Shown here: in pieces, positions 1 through 9,482 of the stretch
Numbering within the stretch: position 1 is the stretch's first letter
Layout of the letters: each line of letters begins with the position of its first letter
Source of the DNA: Alphaproteobacteria bacterium
Lineage (GTDB): Bacteria > Pseudomonadota > Alphaproteobacteria > UBA6615
DNA: 64,000 nt
NCBI GenBank assembly: GCA_002727315.1
Contig: PBWR01000011.1
Span: forward strand, 766-64,765
Direction: 5' to 3'
The notes under the pieces: generated by a model
Databases searched by the model: none
The model's input: only the letters and a program-made list of their open reading frames with translations
What the model was told of the DNA's origin: nothing
Made by a program: the position numbers and the translations under genes

Positions 1-1037
1 GCGACGAAACGGTAACAGAAGACGTCATTCACGATGCGTTGGCCGGAAACCTCTGTCGGTGCACGGGGTATCGCTCGATCGTTGCGGCGGCGCGCGCCGC
101 TTGCGCCCAACCGGTTGGCGACGATGCGTTGGATGTTTCGGACATCACGGCCAGTGAACACGTGTCGGTGGATGACCAGCTGTTCCTGGCGCCGGCAAAC
201 CTCGCAGATCTGGTTGCCAGCCGCGTGGCGCATCCCGACGCGCCGCTGCTATCGGGTGGAACCGATCTGGGGCTGCGGTTCAGCAAGGAACGCGAGAGCT
301 ACCCGGTCGTGATTTTCACCCAGAATGTGGCCGAGCTGAAACAGGTCGCGGAAGATGATGCGGCGCTCACTATCGGGGCGGCGGTGACCTACACCGAGGT
401 GCTGGCCCGGATCGAAGATCTGTACCCGTCCTTCGCCACGCTGATCCACCGGATCGGATCGCGGCAAATCAGGAATGTGGGCACCATCGGCGGCAATATC
501 GGAAATGCGTCTCCTATCGGGGACACGCCGCCGTGTCTGATTGCGCTCGATGCGACGCTCGTCCTTCACGGGTCGAAGGGTGGACGTGAAATCCCGCTCG
601 AATCCTACTTCCTGGACTACCGCAAGACGGATCTGGCCGGGTACGAAGTGATTGCGTCGGTGCGGGTCCCCAAGCTCACCGACGGTCAGGTCTTCCGCTC
701 CTACAAGATTTCCAAGCGTTACGATCAAGACATCTCGGCCGTTGTCGGCGCATTCCGCCTAACCATCGAAGACGGTGTCGTGACCGACGCGCGGATCGCG
801 TTCGGCGGGATGGCCGCCATCCCCAAACGCGCTGCGGCATGTGAAGCGGCATTGGTCGGCCAGACCTGGTCGGAGGAGGCCGCGCGCCAGGCCGGTGCGG
901 CGGTAGGCGAGGATTTTGCGCCGATCGACGATCATCGCGCGAGCGCCGACTACCGGTTGCGGGTCGCGTCCAATCTGTTCGTGCGCCTGTATCGTGATCT
1001 CGACGGCGCCAGCGATGTAGAGGTGATGGCGCTATGA
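1..1037 (+). CDS. xdhA: Xanthine dehydrogenase small (2Fe-2S/FAD) subunit, 5'-truncated by the window edge
   Basis: Frame is open from position 3 (DETVTEDVIHDALAGNLCRCTGY). Contains the GNLCRCTGY Fe-S motif, GGTDLG, QIRNVGTIGGNIGNASPIGD and YKISKRYDQDISAV; overlaps the xdhB start (ATGA). Confidence 0.95.
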   Translation, partial: DETVTEDVIHDALAGNLCRCTGYRSIVAAARAACAQPVGDDALDVSDITASEHVSVDDQLFLAPANLADLVASRVAHPDAPLLSGGTDLGLRFSKERESYPVVIFTQNVAELKQVAEDDAALTIGAAVTYTEVLARIEDLYPSFATLIHRIGSRQIRNVGTIGGNIGNASPIGDTPPCLIALDATLVLHGSKGGREIPLESYFLDYRKTDLAGYEVIASVRVPKLTDGQVFRSYKISKRYDQDISAVVGAFRLTIEDGVVTDARIAFGGMAAIPKRAAACEAALVGQTWSEEAARQAGAAVGEDFAPIDDHRASADYRLRVASNLFVRLYRDLDGASDVEVMAL

Positions 1038-3352
1038 GCACGGATACGGATATTCGCGGCGCGGTTCACACCAATGTCCGCCACGATAGCGGCCACGGCC
1101 ATGTCACCGGCAAGGCTCGCTATATCGACGATATGCCCGTGCTGCCGGGTACGGTTGAGATCGTCCTGGTCACGAGCCCCCATGCGCATGCGGCGATCAA
1201 GTCGATCGATGTGGCGGCCGCACTTGCCGCCGACGGGGTGCGCGGTGTGCTGACCGCAGACGATATTCCCGGACACAATGACATCGGGCCCATCTTCGAA
1301 GGTGAGCCGGTGCTGGCGGCGGGGGTTGCCGATTATGCCGGCGCGCCGATTGTCGCGGTGGCAGCCGACAGTTTTGATCAGGCATTCGCGGCCGCCGGGC
1401 AGGTCGAGATCGAGTACGAAGTGCTGCCGGCGGTGCTCGAGATCGAGGACGCGCTCGAGCAGGAGCTCTACACCTATCCACCCCAGATCATGACCTATGG
1501 TGACCCCGACAGCGCTCTCGACGGGGCGGCACGCCGGATCAAGGGCGAGCTGCGCTGCGGCGGTCAAGATCACTTCTATCTTGAGAGCAACATCGCCCTG
1601 GCCGTGCCGCGCGACGATGGCGATCTCGACGTCCACAGCTCCACCCAGCATCCCAGCGAGGTGCAGCACGGTGTCGCCCACGTCCTCGGCATGCCGACGA
1701 ACGCCATCACCGTCGAGGTGCGGCGCATGGGCGGCGGGTTTGGCGGCAAGGAGAGCCAGCCCACCATTATAGCCGCGATCGCCGGCCTGGTGGCCAATCA
1801 CACGGGCCTGCCGGCTAAGCTGCGCCTGCGCCGCGACGACGACATGATCGTGACGGGCAAGCGGCACGATTTCCTGTTTCGCTATGACGTCGGGTTCGAT
1901 GATGACGGCCGTATCTCCGGTGTCGATATCCTGATGGGCATGCGCTCGGGCAATGTCGCGGATCTGAGCCCCGGCGTGCTCGCCCGTGCGCTGTGCCATG
2001 CCGACAACTGCTACTACCTGCCGAATGCTCGGTTGAGCGGTTATCCGTGCAAGACGAACACCGTATCCAATACGGCGTTTCGTGGCTTCGGCGGCCCCCA
2101 GGGCATGATCGTGATCGAGGCGATCCTGGAACATATCGCCCGGGAAAACGGACAGACGTTGGACCATGTGCGGGCGGTCAACTACTACGGCACCGAGGAC
2201 CGCAACGTGACGCCGTATGAGCAGACGGTAAAAGACAACATCATCGTTCCGCTGGTCGAGCGCCTGCAGTCCGAGGTCGATTTCGATGGCATGTCCAGGG
2301 CCGCGGATGAATTCAACGCATCCCATGAGACCCTGAAGAAGGGCGTGGCGCTGATGCCGGTGAAGTTCGGCATTTCGTTCAACACGCCGAAGCTCAACCA
2401 GGCCGGGGCGCTCGTCCATGTCTATGCCGATGGCAGCGTTCATCTCAACCACGGCGGTACGGAGATGGGACAGGGGCTCTTCACCAAGGTTGCCCAGGTC
2501 GTGGCCTCGGTGTTTCAGATCGATCTCGACAACATCAAGATTTCCGCTACCCGCACCGACAAAGTTCCCAACACATCGGCGACCGCGGCTTCGTCCGGTT
2601 CCGATCTGAACGGCATGGCGGCCTTCAATGCCGCCACCGCGATCAAGGGCCGGATGGCACAGGTCGCCGCCGATCATTTCGACACGGATGTCGACGCAAT
2701 CGAATTCCGCCAGAACCGGGTCTATGCCGGCAATGAAAGTCTGTCGTTTTCCGAACTGGCCGAAGAAACCTACAACCAGCGCGTTCAGCTGTCCGAGGCC
2801 GGCTTCTATTCCACCCCGGGCCTGCACTGGAATGCCAAGAAGCTCGTTGGCAATCCGTTTTACTATTTCACCTACGGCGCCGCGATCGCGGAGGTTCTGA
2901 TCGACACGCTGACCGGCGAGAGTCGGGTGCTGCGCGCCGATATCCTGCAGGACTGCGGCAGTTCCCTGAACCCGGCGATCGACATTGGGCAGATCGAAGG
3001 CGCCTTCGTGCAGGGGCAGGGTTGGCTGACGTCGGAAGAGCTGGTCTGGAATGACCGGGGACAACTCCTGACCCACGGGCCGTCGACCTACAAGATACCC
3101 GGCAGTCGGGATGTGCCCCCGGTGTTCAATGTTCACCTGTTGGAAGATGCGCCCAACCGGGTCCCGACCGTGTTCCACTCCAAGGCCGTGGGAGAACCGC
3201 CACTGATGCTGGCGATTTCGGTCTGGCTGGCGATCCGCGATGCGGTCTCGCGTATTGGTGACAACCGGCTGGTGCCGAAATTAGATGCGCCGGCGACCCC
3301 GGAAGCAATCCTGGCCGCGGTCGAGGATATTCAGGCGCGGAGCGGGGCCTGA
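1034..3352 (+). CDS. xdhB: Xanthine dehydrogenase molybdopterin-binding subunit
   Basis: Motifs HVTGKARYIDD, QDHFYLE, RRMGGGFGGKESQ, TAFRGFGGPQG, GGTEMGQG and SKAVGEPP; the catalytic Glu/Arg/Glu of xanthine oxidoreductases are present. Confidence 0.96.
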   Translation: MSTDTDIRGAVHTNVRHDSGHGHVTGKARYIDDMPVLPGTVEIVLVTSPHAHAAIKSIDVAAALAADGVRGVLTADDIPGHNDIGPIFEGEPVLAAGVADYAGAPIVAVAADSFDQAFAAAGQVEIEYEVLPAVLEIEDALEQELYTYPPQIMTYGDPDSALDGAARRIKGELRCGGQDHFYLESNIALAVPRDDGDLDVHSSTQHPSEVQHGVAHVLGMPTNAITVEVRRMGGGFGGKESQPTIIAAIAGLVANHTGLPAKLRLRRDDDMIVTGKRHDFLFRYDVGFDDDGRISGVDILMGMRSGNVADLSPGVLARALCHADNCYYLPNARLSGYPCKTNTVSNTAFRGFGGPQGMIVIEAILEHIARENGQTLDHVRAVNYYGTEDRNVTPYEQTVKDNIIVPLVERLQSEVDFDGMSRAADEFNASHETLKKGVALMPVKFGISFNTPKLNQAGALVHVYADGSVHLNHGGTEMGQGLFTKVAQVVASVFQIDLDNIKISATRTDKVPNTSATAASSGSDLNGMAAFNAATAIKGRMAQVAADHFDTDVDAIEFRQNRVYAGNESLSFSELAEETYNQRVQLSEAGFYSTPGLHWNAKKLVGNPFYYFTYGAAIAEVLIDTLTGESRVLRADILQDCGSSLNPAIDIGQIEGAFVQGQGWLTSEELVWNDRGQLLTHGPSTYKIPGSRDVPPVFNVHLLEDAPNRVPTVFHSKAVGEPPLMLAISVWLAIRDAVSRIGDNRLVPKLDAPATPEAILAAVEDIQARSGA

Positions 3353-3451
3353 TCGGCGCCCGATTCCGGGAAAACCTCTCTTTACCCAATGATGTTTGGG
3401 ACGAATGCACCGGTGCACCGTGTGCCGGTGAATTTCCAAATGGGGGTAGAG

Positions 3452-4381
3452 ATGATTAACAGAACCATTTTCGCAATTTTGTTTGCGGTCGCAGTTCTGT
3501 TCGACGGCAGCGAATCGTCGGCGCAAATCATCGAAGTCGAAGACGATTTCGGCAATCGACGCGCCTATTTCGGCATGACAACCAGAGATACCGGGCTGAT
3601 GTAGCTGATCAGTAACGATAACCGATCGGCAACGGTAAAACTGTCGGACGATGAAGACGGCGGATATCTGAGTCTTCGTACGCTTCGCAGTGAGTCGTCG
3701 GCGGTTTTGGCCACCAATGATACTGGTGGCGGCCTGTTTCTCTTCGATACGGCCGGTCAGGAGCGGGCCTCTATCGGTGTCTCGAACGACGGCGCCGATA
3801 TCATCGAACTCTTCGACAGCAACGGTCGGGACTCGGTCGAACTCAATGCTGGCGAAAGCGGCGGCGCCATGTTCGTCCGCTCCCCGAAAGGGAATATCGC
3901 GGCGGGATTGACGGTTGACGAGGATGGCGGGTTCTTCACCATCTGCGACAATGCCGGTGATGCGAAGGTCGGGCTGTTTATCGACCGTTCCGGCAACGGG
4001 GTCATCGAGTTGAATGGCAACTCCATCGGCGATGGCGCCGAAGTCTTCCCGTTGCATACACGCGGCAATCTCGTCCCCAGGACGGTCGTGTCCATGCATG
4101 GGAGCGGCGCGGGATTGCAGCCGACATCCGGTGCCTACCACCCCTCCGTTGTTGGGGTCATCAGTGGCGCCAACGAGCTGAAGGCGGCCATGACAATCGG
4201 TTCGCGCGTGGACGGTTCGAACGATCTGCCCGCGGCCATGACGGGTCGGGCTTATGTATGTGTTAGCGCGGACGATCGGCTGCGTGCCCTGGGTGGCGTG
4301 GTCGGCAAGGCGCTGGAGAACTACATCCCGGCCGATGCGGACGACGAGGCGCTGGTCCTGATGCTCGTCATGCGCCTCTAG
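3452..4381 (+). pseudogene. Secreted beta-rich protein with a C-terminal intramolecular-chaperone/peptidase-G2-like domain, interrupted by an in-frame TAG
   Basis: ATG 3452 follows GGGGGTAGAG and begins a signal-peptide-like N-terminus. TAG at 3602-3604; the same frame then stays open into ORF 3707..4381 (DGAEVF...VVGVISGA...TGRAYV...VVGKALE...LVLMLV). Confidence 0.6.
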
Positions 4382-4512
4382 GCTAGCGACCATACCTCCC
4401 CCTGGGTGTAGCCGCATTGACGTGGTTGCATCCGGACTCGTCCGTCTCTTCGCAGTTGCAGCAAAGTTTCTCGCCTCGGTTCGAAATCTGTGTTACCGAG
4501 CGCGCGCGTTCG

Positions 4513-4541
4513 GGCCGCCGGCGTTGGCGGCCGTTTTTTTT
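4513..4541 (+). terminator. Intrinsic terminator-like hairpin 13 nt upstream of the typA ATG
   Basis: Stem GGCCGCC (4513-4519)/GGCGGCC (4526-4532) followed by T8 (4534-4541). Confidence 0.7.
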
Positions 4542-4554
4542 GGATCCCTGTTTG

Positions 4555-6384
4555 ATGACCGATTCCGCCGAGAACCTTCGCAACATCGCGATTGTCGCCC
4601 ATGTCGATCACGGCAAGACGACGCTGGTCGACCAGCTGCTGCGTCAGTCCGGCACGCTGGCGACCCACGGTGATGTGGCCGCGCGTGAGCGCGTGATGGA
4701 TTCAAACGATCTCGAACGTGAACGAGGCATCACGATCCTGTCGAAGAACACCGCGCTCGAGTGGCAGGGTTGGCGGATCAACATCGTCGACACACCCGGC
4801 CATGCCGATTTCGGCGGCGAGGTCGAGCGGGTGCTCTCGATGGTGGATTCCGTTCTGCTGCTGGTCGATGCGGTCGAAGGACCCATGCCCCAGACCGCGT
4901 TCGTCACCCGCAAGGCGCTCGAGGCGGGATTGAAGCCGGTCGTGGTGGTCAACAAGGTGGACCGCGCCGGCGCGCGTCCGGATTGGGTCGTCGATCAGAC
5001 CTTCGATCTATTTGATCGTCTGGGTGCGAGTGACGAGCAGCTTGATTTCACCACAGTGTTCGCCTCGGCGATCCAGGGCTGGGCGTCGGAGGCCTCGGAT
5101 GTTGGTGGCGAGAACATGGATATCCTGTTCCAGACCATCGTCGACCAGGTCGACCCGCCCGCCGTCGACCGTGACGGCTCGTTCCAGATGCAGGTCTCGG
5201 CCCTCGACTATTCCTCTTATGTGGGTGTCATCGGAATCGGCCGGATTGCGCGCGGGTCCGTTCGCCGCAATGAAGTGGTCTCAGTCGTCGGTGCCGACGG
5301 GGCGCAACGCCAGGGCCGTCTGCTTCAGGTGCTCGGCTTTCATGGGCTGGACCGGGTGGAACGGGAAGAGGCGGCCGCCGGAGACATTATCGCGTTCTCC
5401 GGGCTCGACCAGCTGAACATCTCCGACACCCTGTGCGATCCCGAAAAGGTTGAAGCGCTGCCGGCATTGAGTGTCGATCAGCCGACCATCTCGATGACCT
5501 TCCAGGTCAACGATTCTCCCTTCGCGGGCAAGGATGGCAAGTACGTCACCAGCCGCAACCTGCGCGACCGGTTGCAGGAAGAACTGCTGCACAATGTGGC
5601 GCTGCGTGTGGAGGAGACGGATTCCGCCGACCGCTTCAAAGTCTCGGGCCGCGGCGAACTGCATCTGTCGATCCTGATCGAGAATATGCGACGCGAAGGT
5701 TACGAGCTCGCCATCTCGCGGCCCGAGGTGATTACCCGCGAGGTCGATGGCGTATTGCACGAGCCGTGGGAGACGCTGACGGTCGATATCGAGGAAGAAC
5801 ATCAGGGCGCGGTGATGGAACTGCTCGGCACCCGCAAGGCCGAACTGAAGAACATGGCGCCGGACGGCAATGGGCGCGTACGCATCGACTATCTGGTCCC
5901 GACCCGGGGCCTGATCGGCATTCGCTCGACCTTCCTGACCCAGACCTCGGGCAGCGGGTTGATGTACCACGCCTTCGATCACTACGGCCCCCGCGTGGCG
6001 GGCGAGCTCGCCCAGCGGATTCGCGGAGTCCTGGTCTCGACCGATACCGGCATGGCGCGCGCTTATGCCCTGTTCAATCTGCAGGAACGCGGGCAGCTGA
6101 TGATCGGCCATGGTGCCGAGGTCTATGAGGGGATGGTCATCGGCATCAACAGTCGGGCCAACGATCTGATGGTGAACCCGCTGAAGGCCAAGCAACTGAC
6201 CAATATTCGTGCGGCCGGCACGGACGAGAACCTGGTGCTGACCACGCCGGTGAAGGTCACCCTGGAATATGCGCTGGAGTTCATCGACGACGATGAGCTG
6301 GTCGAGGTGACGCCGGAATCGATGCGCATTCGCAAGAAGTTCCTCAAGGAACACGAGCGCAAGAAGGCCAGCCGCGCGGCCTGA
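4555..6384 (+). CDS. typA: Translational GTPase TypA/BipA
   Basis: [46 protein letters not shown] and C-terminal [10 protein letters not shown]. Start taken at ATG 4555 rather than the ORF-track start 4417. Confidence 0.97.
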   Translation: MTDSAENLRNIAIVAHVDHGKTTLVDQLLRQSGTLATHGDVAARERVMDSNDLERERGITILSKNTALEWQGWRINIVDTPGHADFGGEVERVLSMVDSVLLLVDAVEGPMPQTAFVTRKALEAGLKPVVVVNKVDRAGARPDWVVDQTFDLFDRLGASDEQLDFTTVFASAIQGWASEASDVGGENMDILFQTIVDQVDPPAVDRDGSFQMQVSALDYSSYVGVIGIGRIARGSVRRNEVVSVVGADGAQRQGRLLQVLGFHGLDRVEREEAAAGDIIAFSGLDQLNISDTLCDPEKVEALPALSVDQPTISMTFQVNDSPFAGKDGKYVTSRNLRDRLQEELLHNVALRVEETDSADRFKVSGRGELHLSILIENMRREGYELAISRPEVITREVDGVLHEPWETLTVDIEEEHQGAVMELLGTRKAELKNMAPDGNGRVRIDYLVPTRGLIGIRSTFLTQTSGSGLMYHAFDHYGPRVAGELAQRIRGVLVSTDTGMARAYALFNLQERGQLMIGHGAEVYEGMVIGINSRANDLMVNPLKAKQLTNIRAAGTDENLVLTTPVKVTLEYALEFIDDDELVEVTPESMRIRKKFLKEHERKKASRAA

Positions 6385-6504
6385 ACACACGCGATGCTGT
6401 CGGCGTAGAGGTTCAAACCGGCGTAGTTTCCGTCATACACCGGTATTGGAAAGGGTTAATTTGATGCGGTAATCCGGGATTCCACTAAGAGAAACAAGAG
6501 ATTG

Positions 6505-6683
6505 CTTGCCATCGGGTCCGTTCAGGCCCATCTTCGCGCTAATGACATCCGCTCACGGCTTTCGAGCGCGCCGAATTCCGCAATGAAACTTGCGGCGATA
6601 CGCCCCTCCGGAAAACGAAGTGAAGCTGATTTCGTCACGCAGACATGGTGTCCGTGTGAATTACGACGATTGGAAAAGTATAA
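6505..6683 (+). promoter_or_regulatory. Putative cspA promoter and long structured 5' leader
   Basis: CTTGCC...CATCTT promoter-like boxes ~150 nt before the ATG. The leader has hairpins CCGCAA/TTGCGG and ACGAA/TTCGT; long structured leaders are typical of cspA. Confidence 0.45.
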
Positions 6684-6887
6684 ATGCCTACTGGTACCGT
6701 AAAGTTCTTCAACACCACCCGTGGTTTCGGTTTCATTGCGCCTGACGATGGCGGCAAGGACGTGTTCGTTCACGTGACGGCCGTTGAGCAGGCTGGAATG
6801 AGCACCCTGACCGAAGGTCAGAAGGTCAACTTCCAGGTTCAGGACGATCAACGCGGCCCGAAGGCCGTCGATCTCTCGGCCGCTTAA
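6684..6887 (+). CDS. cspA: Cold-shock protein
   Basis: 67 aa; GTVKFFN, RNP1 RGFGFI, RNP2 VFVH, RGPKA. Confidence 0.95.
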   Translation: MPTGTVKFFNTTRGFGFIAPDDGGKDVFVHVTAVEQAGMSTLTEGQKVNFQVQDDQRGPKAVDLSAA

Positions 6888-6901
6888 GTAGCCTTTAATT
6901 C

Positions 6902-7036
6902 CGGAGGTGCCGGGCGGCATGCCCGGTCCTCTCTCCGCTCCATTTAGGTGCCTTGCACCTGGTGGACCAGCAGCATGGAGCCGCTGCGATCACGCCGACA
7001 GGGCGGAGCATCGCAGGCGGGCTGCATGCTGTTTTT
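6902..7036 (+). ncRNA. Candidate structured 3'-UTR/sRNA after cspA: three hairpins, the last terminator-like
   Basis: Hairpin CCGGGC/GCCCGG (6910-6926); hairpin TCCATTTAGGTGC/GCACCTGGTGGA (6939-6966); long hairpin CAGCATG...TGCGAT/ATCGCA...CATGCTG (6971-7031) followed by T5. Confidence 0.4.
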
Positions 7037-7211
7037 CGTTTGAACGGCATCGCAGCGGCGATAATCGGTTTTCCCATGTCATGGCCGTTCAAATCTTTGT
7101 AGGGGAGCCTTGTCTGCGGCCGCGGACGGACTAAGCTATCCGCAGCGAAGTAACAACGAACCGGAAGGGGCCTACTGGGCCGAAGTCCGGGACTTTCGAG
7201 GGGACGAAGAG

Positions 7212-8297
7212 ATGTCGGATTACAGCAATCTTTTTCAGGGCTACGAGATGCGTGGCCTGTCGCTACCGCACCGGGTTGTGATGTCGCCGATGACGCGCTC
7301 GCGCGCGGGCGAGGGCGATGTGCAGGGCGAGATGAACGCGGAGTATTACCGCCAGCGCGCGAGCGCGTCGTTCATCGTGACGGAAGGCGTCCAGCCGAGC
7401 CTGGACGGCAAGGGTTATTGCCGCACGCCGGGCCTCCACACTGACGAGCAGGTGGCGGGCTGGAAGCTGGTGACGGATGCGGTGCATGCGGAAGGTGGCC
7501 GGATCTTCTGTCAGCTAATGCATGCGGGCCGTATTGCGCACCCACTGAACAAGAGCGGCGGACGGATCGTGTCGGCGTCTGCAGTGCAGGCGGCGGGCCA
7601 GATGTTCACGGTGCAGGAGGGCCCGCAGGACCATCTGGTGCCCGAGGCCCTGACGACGGAAGAGGTGAAGGCGACGATTGCGGACTTCCGGCATGCCGGT
7701 GAGTGCGCCAAGCGTGCGGGTTTCGACGGGATCGAGCTGCATGCAGGGCAGGGATATCTGCCGATGCAGTTCCTGTCTCCGAATGTGAACCAGCGCGATG
7801 ATGAGTATGGCGGCTCGGCGGCCAACCGGGCACGGTTTTCGATCGAGATCATGGAGCAGCTGTCCGATGTGATGGGTGCGGACCGTGTGGGTATCCGGAT
7901 TGCGCCGGGTAACACATTCAACGATGTGAAGGACGAGGACCCGGTGGAGACCTATACGGCGCTGCTGCAGGGGCTACGCTCGCTGAACCCGGTCTATCTG
8001 CATGTGGTCACACCGTTCCCGCATATGAGCCACAAGGTGCCGGAGGATGTGACGGAGCTTTGCCGGAGCAACTTCGAGGGCACGTTGATCCGCAATGGCG
8101 GTTACACGCCGGAGAGCGCGGATGCGGCGATTGCGTCGGGCGAGGCGGACCTGGTGGCGTTTGGGAAGATGTTCCTTGCCAACCCGGACCTGCCGAAGCG
8201 GTTCGAGACGGGTGCCGAACTCAACGAGTGGAATATGGATACGTTCTACACGCCGGGACCCGGAGGCTATATCGACTATCCCGCACTCGATGGCTAG
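7212..8297 (+). CDS. Old Yellow Enzyme family alkene reductase (NemA-like)
   Basis: VVMSPMTRSRA, YYRQRAS, QLMHAGR, AGFDGIELHAGQGYL, NQRDDEYGGS, ANPDLP, TFY...GYIDYP. Confidence 0.93.
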   Translation: MSDYSNLFQGYEMRGLSLPHRVVMSPMTRSRAGEGDVQGEMNAEYYRQRASASFIVTEGVQPSLDGKGYCRTPGLHTDEQVAGWKLVTDAVHAEGGRIFCQLMHAGRIAHPLNKSGGRIVSASAVQAAGQMFTVQEGPQDHLVPEALTTEEVKATIADFRHAGECAKRAGFDGIELHAGQGYLPMQFLSPNVNQRDDEYGGSAANRARFSIEIMEQLSDVMGADRVGIRIAPGNTFNDVKDEDPVETYTALLQGLRSLNPVYLHVVTPFPHMSHKVPEDVTELCRSNFEGTLIRNGGYTPESADAAIASGEADLVAFGKMFLANPDLPKRFETGAELNEWNMDTFYTPGPGGYIDYPALDG

Positions 8298-8362
8298 CCC
8301 GGCTTGCGCGTGTTTCCCGGCAGCGCCTAAGGAGCCGGGATACTGAAGGCAGGGAGCTCGTC

Positions 8363-9181
8363 ATGTCAGTGTCGACGGAAACGATCGAGGCCCCGATCGG
8401 TTATCTGGTGAACACCGGAGAGCTTCCGGTGTTCTATCAGTCGAACGTGCCGGGCGAGCGGACGAATTTCGAAGGCGAGCGCGAATTTCAGAAGGTGACC
8501 GTGAGCAATGCGCGGCTGCTTCCGAACGATTTCTCACTCGACCGGGAAGGGTTCGCCTTTGTGGCGCACACGACGGCGGTGACGGATTTCCAGGACGATG
8601 CCCAGCTTGAGGGCGTCTACAACGCCAAAGCTGAGGCGCTGGTCCGCGAGGCGACCGGGGCCAGCCGCGCCCTGGTGTTCGACAACACACGGAGATCTTC
8701 ATCCCAGAGCCTGCGCGAGGCACACAATGCGCGTGATCCCGCCAACGCTGCCCACACCGACTACACTGACTGGTCTGCCCGCAAGCGGGTGGAAGACGTC
8801 ATGGGCGACGAGGCGGAAGCGCTGTTGGCCAAGCGGTTTGCCATCGTCAATGTCTGGCGCTCGCGCGCCGGGGTGATCGAAGAGTGGCCTCTGGCCCTGT
8901 GTACCTGGGACAGCGTCGATGATGCGCACCTGCACACCGTGGAACGACGCGCCTACAACCGTGTCGGGCAGACCCGCCATGCGTCTTATGACAACAAGAA
9001 TGACTGGTACTATTTCCCGCGCATGACGCCCGACGAGGCCATCCTGATCAAGAACTACGACACCGAGACCGACGGCCGGGCGCGCTACGCCCTGCACACG
9101 TCCTTCGATGATCCGACGGCACCGGCGAATGCCGCGCCGCGTGAGAGCCTCGAGACCAGGGTGTTTGCGTTCTTCGACTGA
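8363..9181 (+). CDS. CmcJ/NvfI/AsaB family putative non-heme iron oxidoreductase
   Basis: FSLDREGF, FDNTRR, AHTDYT, IVNVWR, PLALC, WYYFPRMTPDE, HTSF, RESLETR; RBS GGGAG before ATG 8363. Confidence 0.85.
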   Translation: MSVSTETIEAPIGYLVNTGELPVFYQSNVPGERTNFEGEREFQKVTVSNARLLPNDFSLDREGFAFVAHTTAVTDFQDDAQLEGVYNAKAEALVREATGASRALVFDNTRRSSSQSLREAHNARDPANAAHTDYTDWSARKRVEDVMGDEAEALLAKRFAIVNVWRSRAGVIEEWPLALCTWDSVDDAHLHTVERRAYNRVGQTRHASYDNKNDWYYFPRMTPDEAILIKNYDTETDGRARYALHTSFDDPTAPANAAPRESLETRVFAFFD

Positions 9182-9202
9182 CCGACGGGCGGGGAGACGA
9201 CG

Positions 9203-9472
9203 ATGGAACACGATGATGTCCTTGCGTTGCCGCCGCGCCGGCGCGCACAAGGCCGGGCGCTTTTCCTGTATGCCTACGCGGCAGGCGATGCCTTCGCCTA
9301 CACGCCCCATCCCGATCCGTCACCCCGCGTCTATGTGGTCGTGCGCGGTGAACGGGCGCACTGGGCGTGGAATGATCCGCGCCCGTGTCAGATCCCGCCC
9401 GACTGGTCTGGCGGCTACACCTCGATCTTCGCGGCGCAGACCGGTGAGGGTTTGGCAGACGCGGCGGAGTAG
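9203..9472 (+). CDS. Small hypothetical protein, possibly a gene remnant
   Basis: 89-aa ORF with RBS GGGGAG that fills the gap between two genes; no motif recognised. Confidence 0.4.
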   Translation: MEHDDVLALPPRRRAQGRALFLYAYAAGDAFAYTPHPDPSPRVYVVVRGERAHWAWNDPRPCQIPPDWSGGYTSIFAAQTGEGLADAAE

Positions 9473-9482
9473 GGCGCCGGGC

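Noticed and set aside
950-3178. Long antisense ORFs, e.g. 950-3178 (742 aa), 38754-40274, 55728-57149 and 57648-59447
   Set aside because: They are shadows of well-conserved genes on the opposite strand in high-GC DNA and contain no recognisable motifs.
3602-3604. In-frame TAG as pyrrolysine or programmed read-through
   Set aside because: There are no pyl genes in the window, other genes here use TAG as a normal stop, and an apparent deletion in the same gene favours decay.
4417-4554. N-terminal extensions in the ORF track (typA, LLM 10161, parE 32252, tig 40602, nuoA 54204, hydrolase 35987)
   Set aside because: They lack family similarity and overlap other genes, terminators or promoters; downstream starts fit family N-termini and, in most cases, RBS positions.
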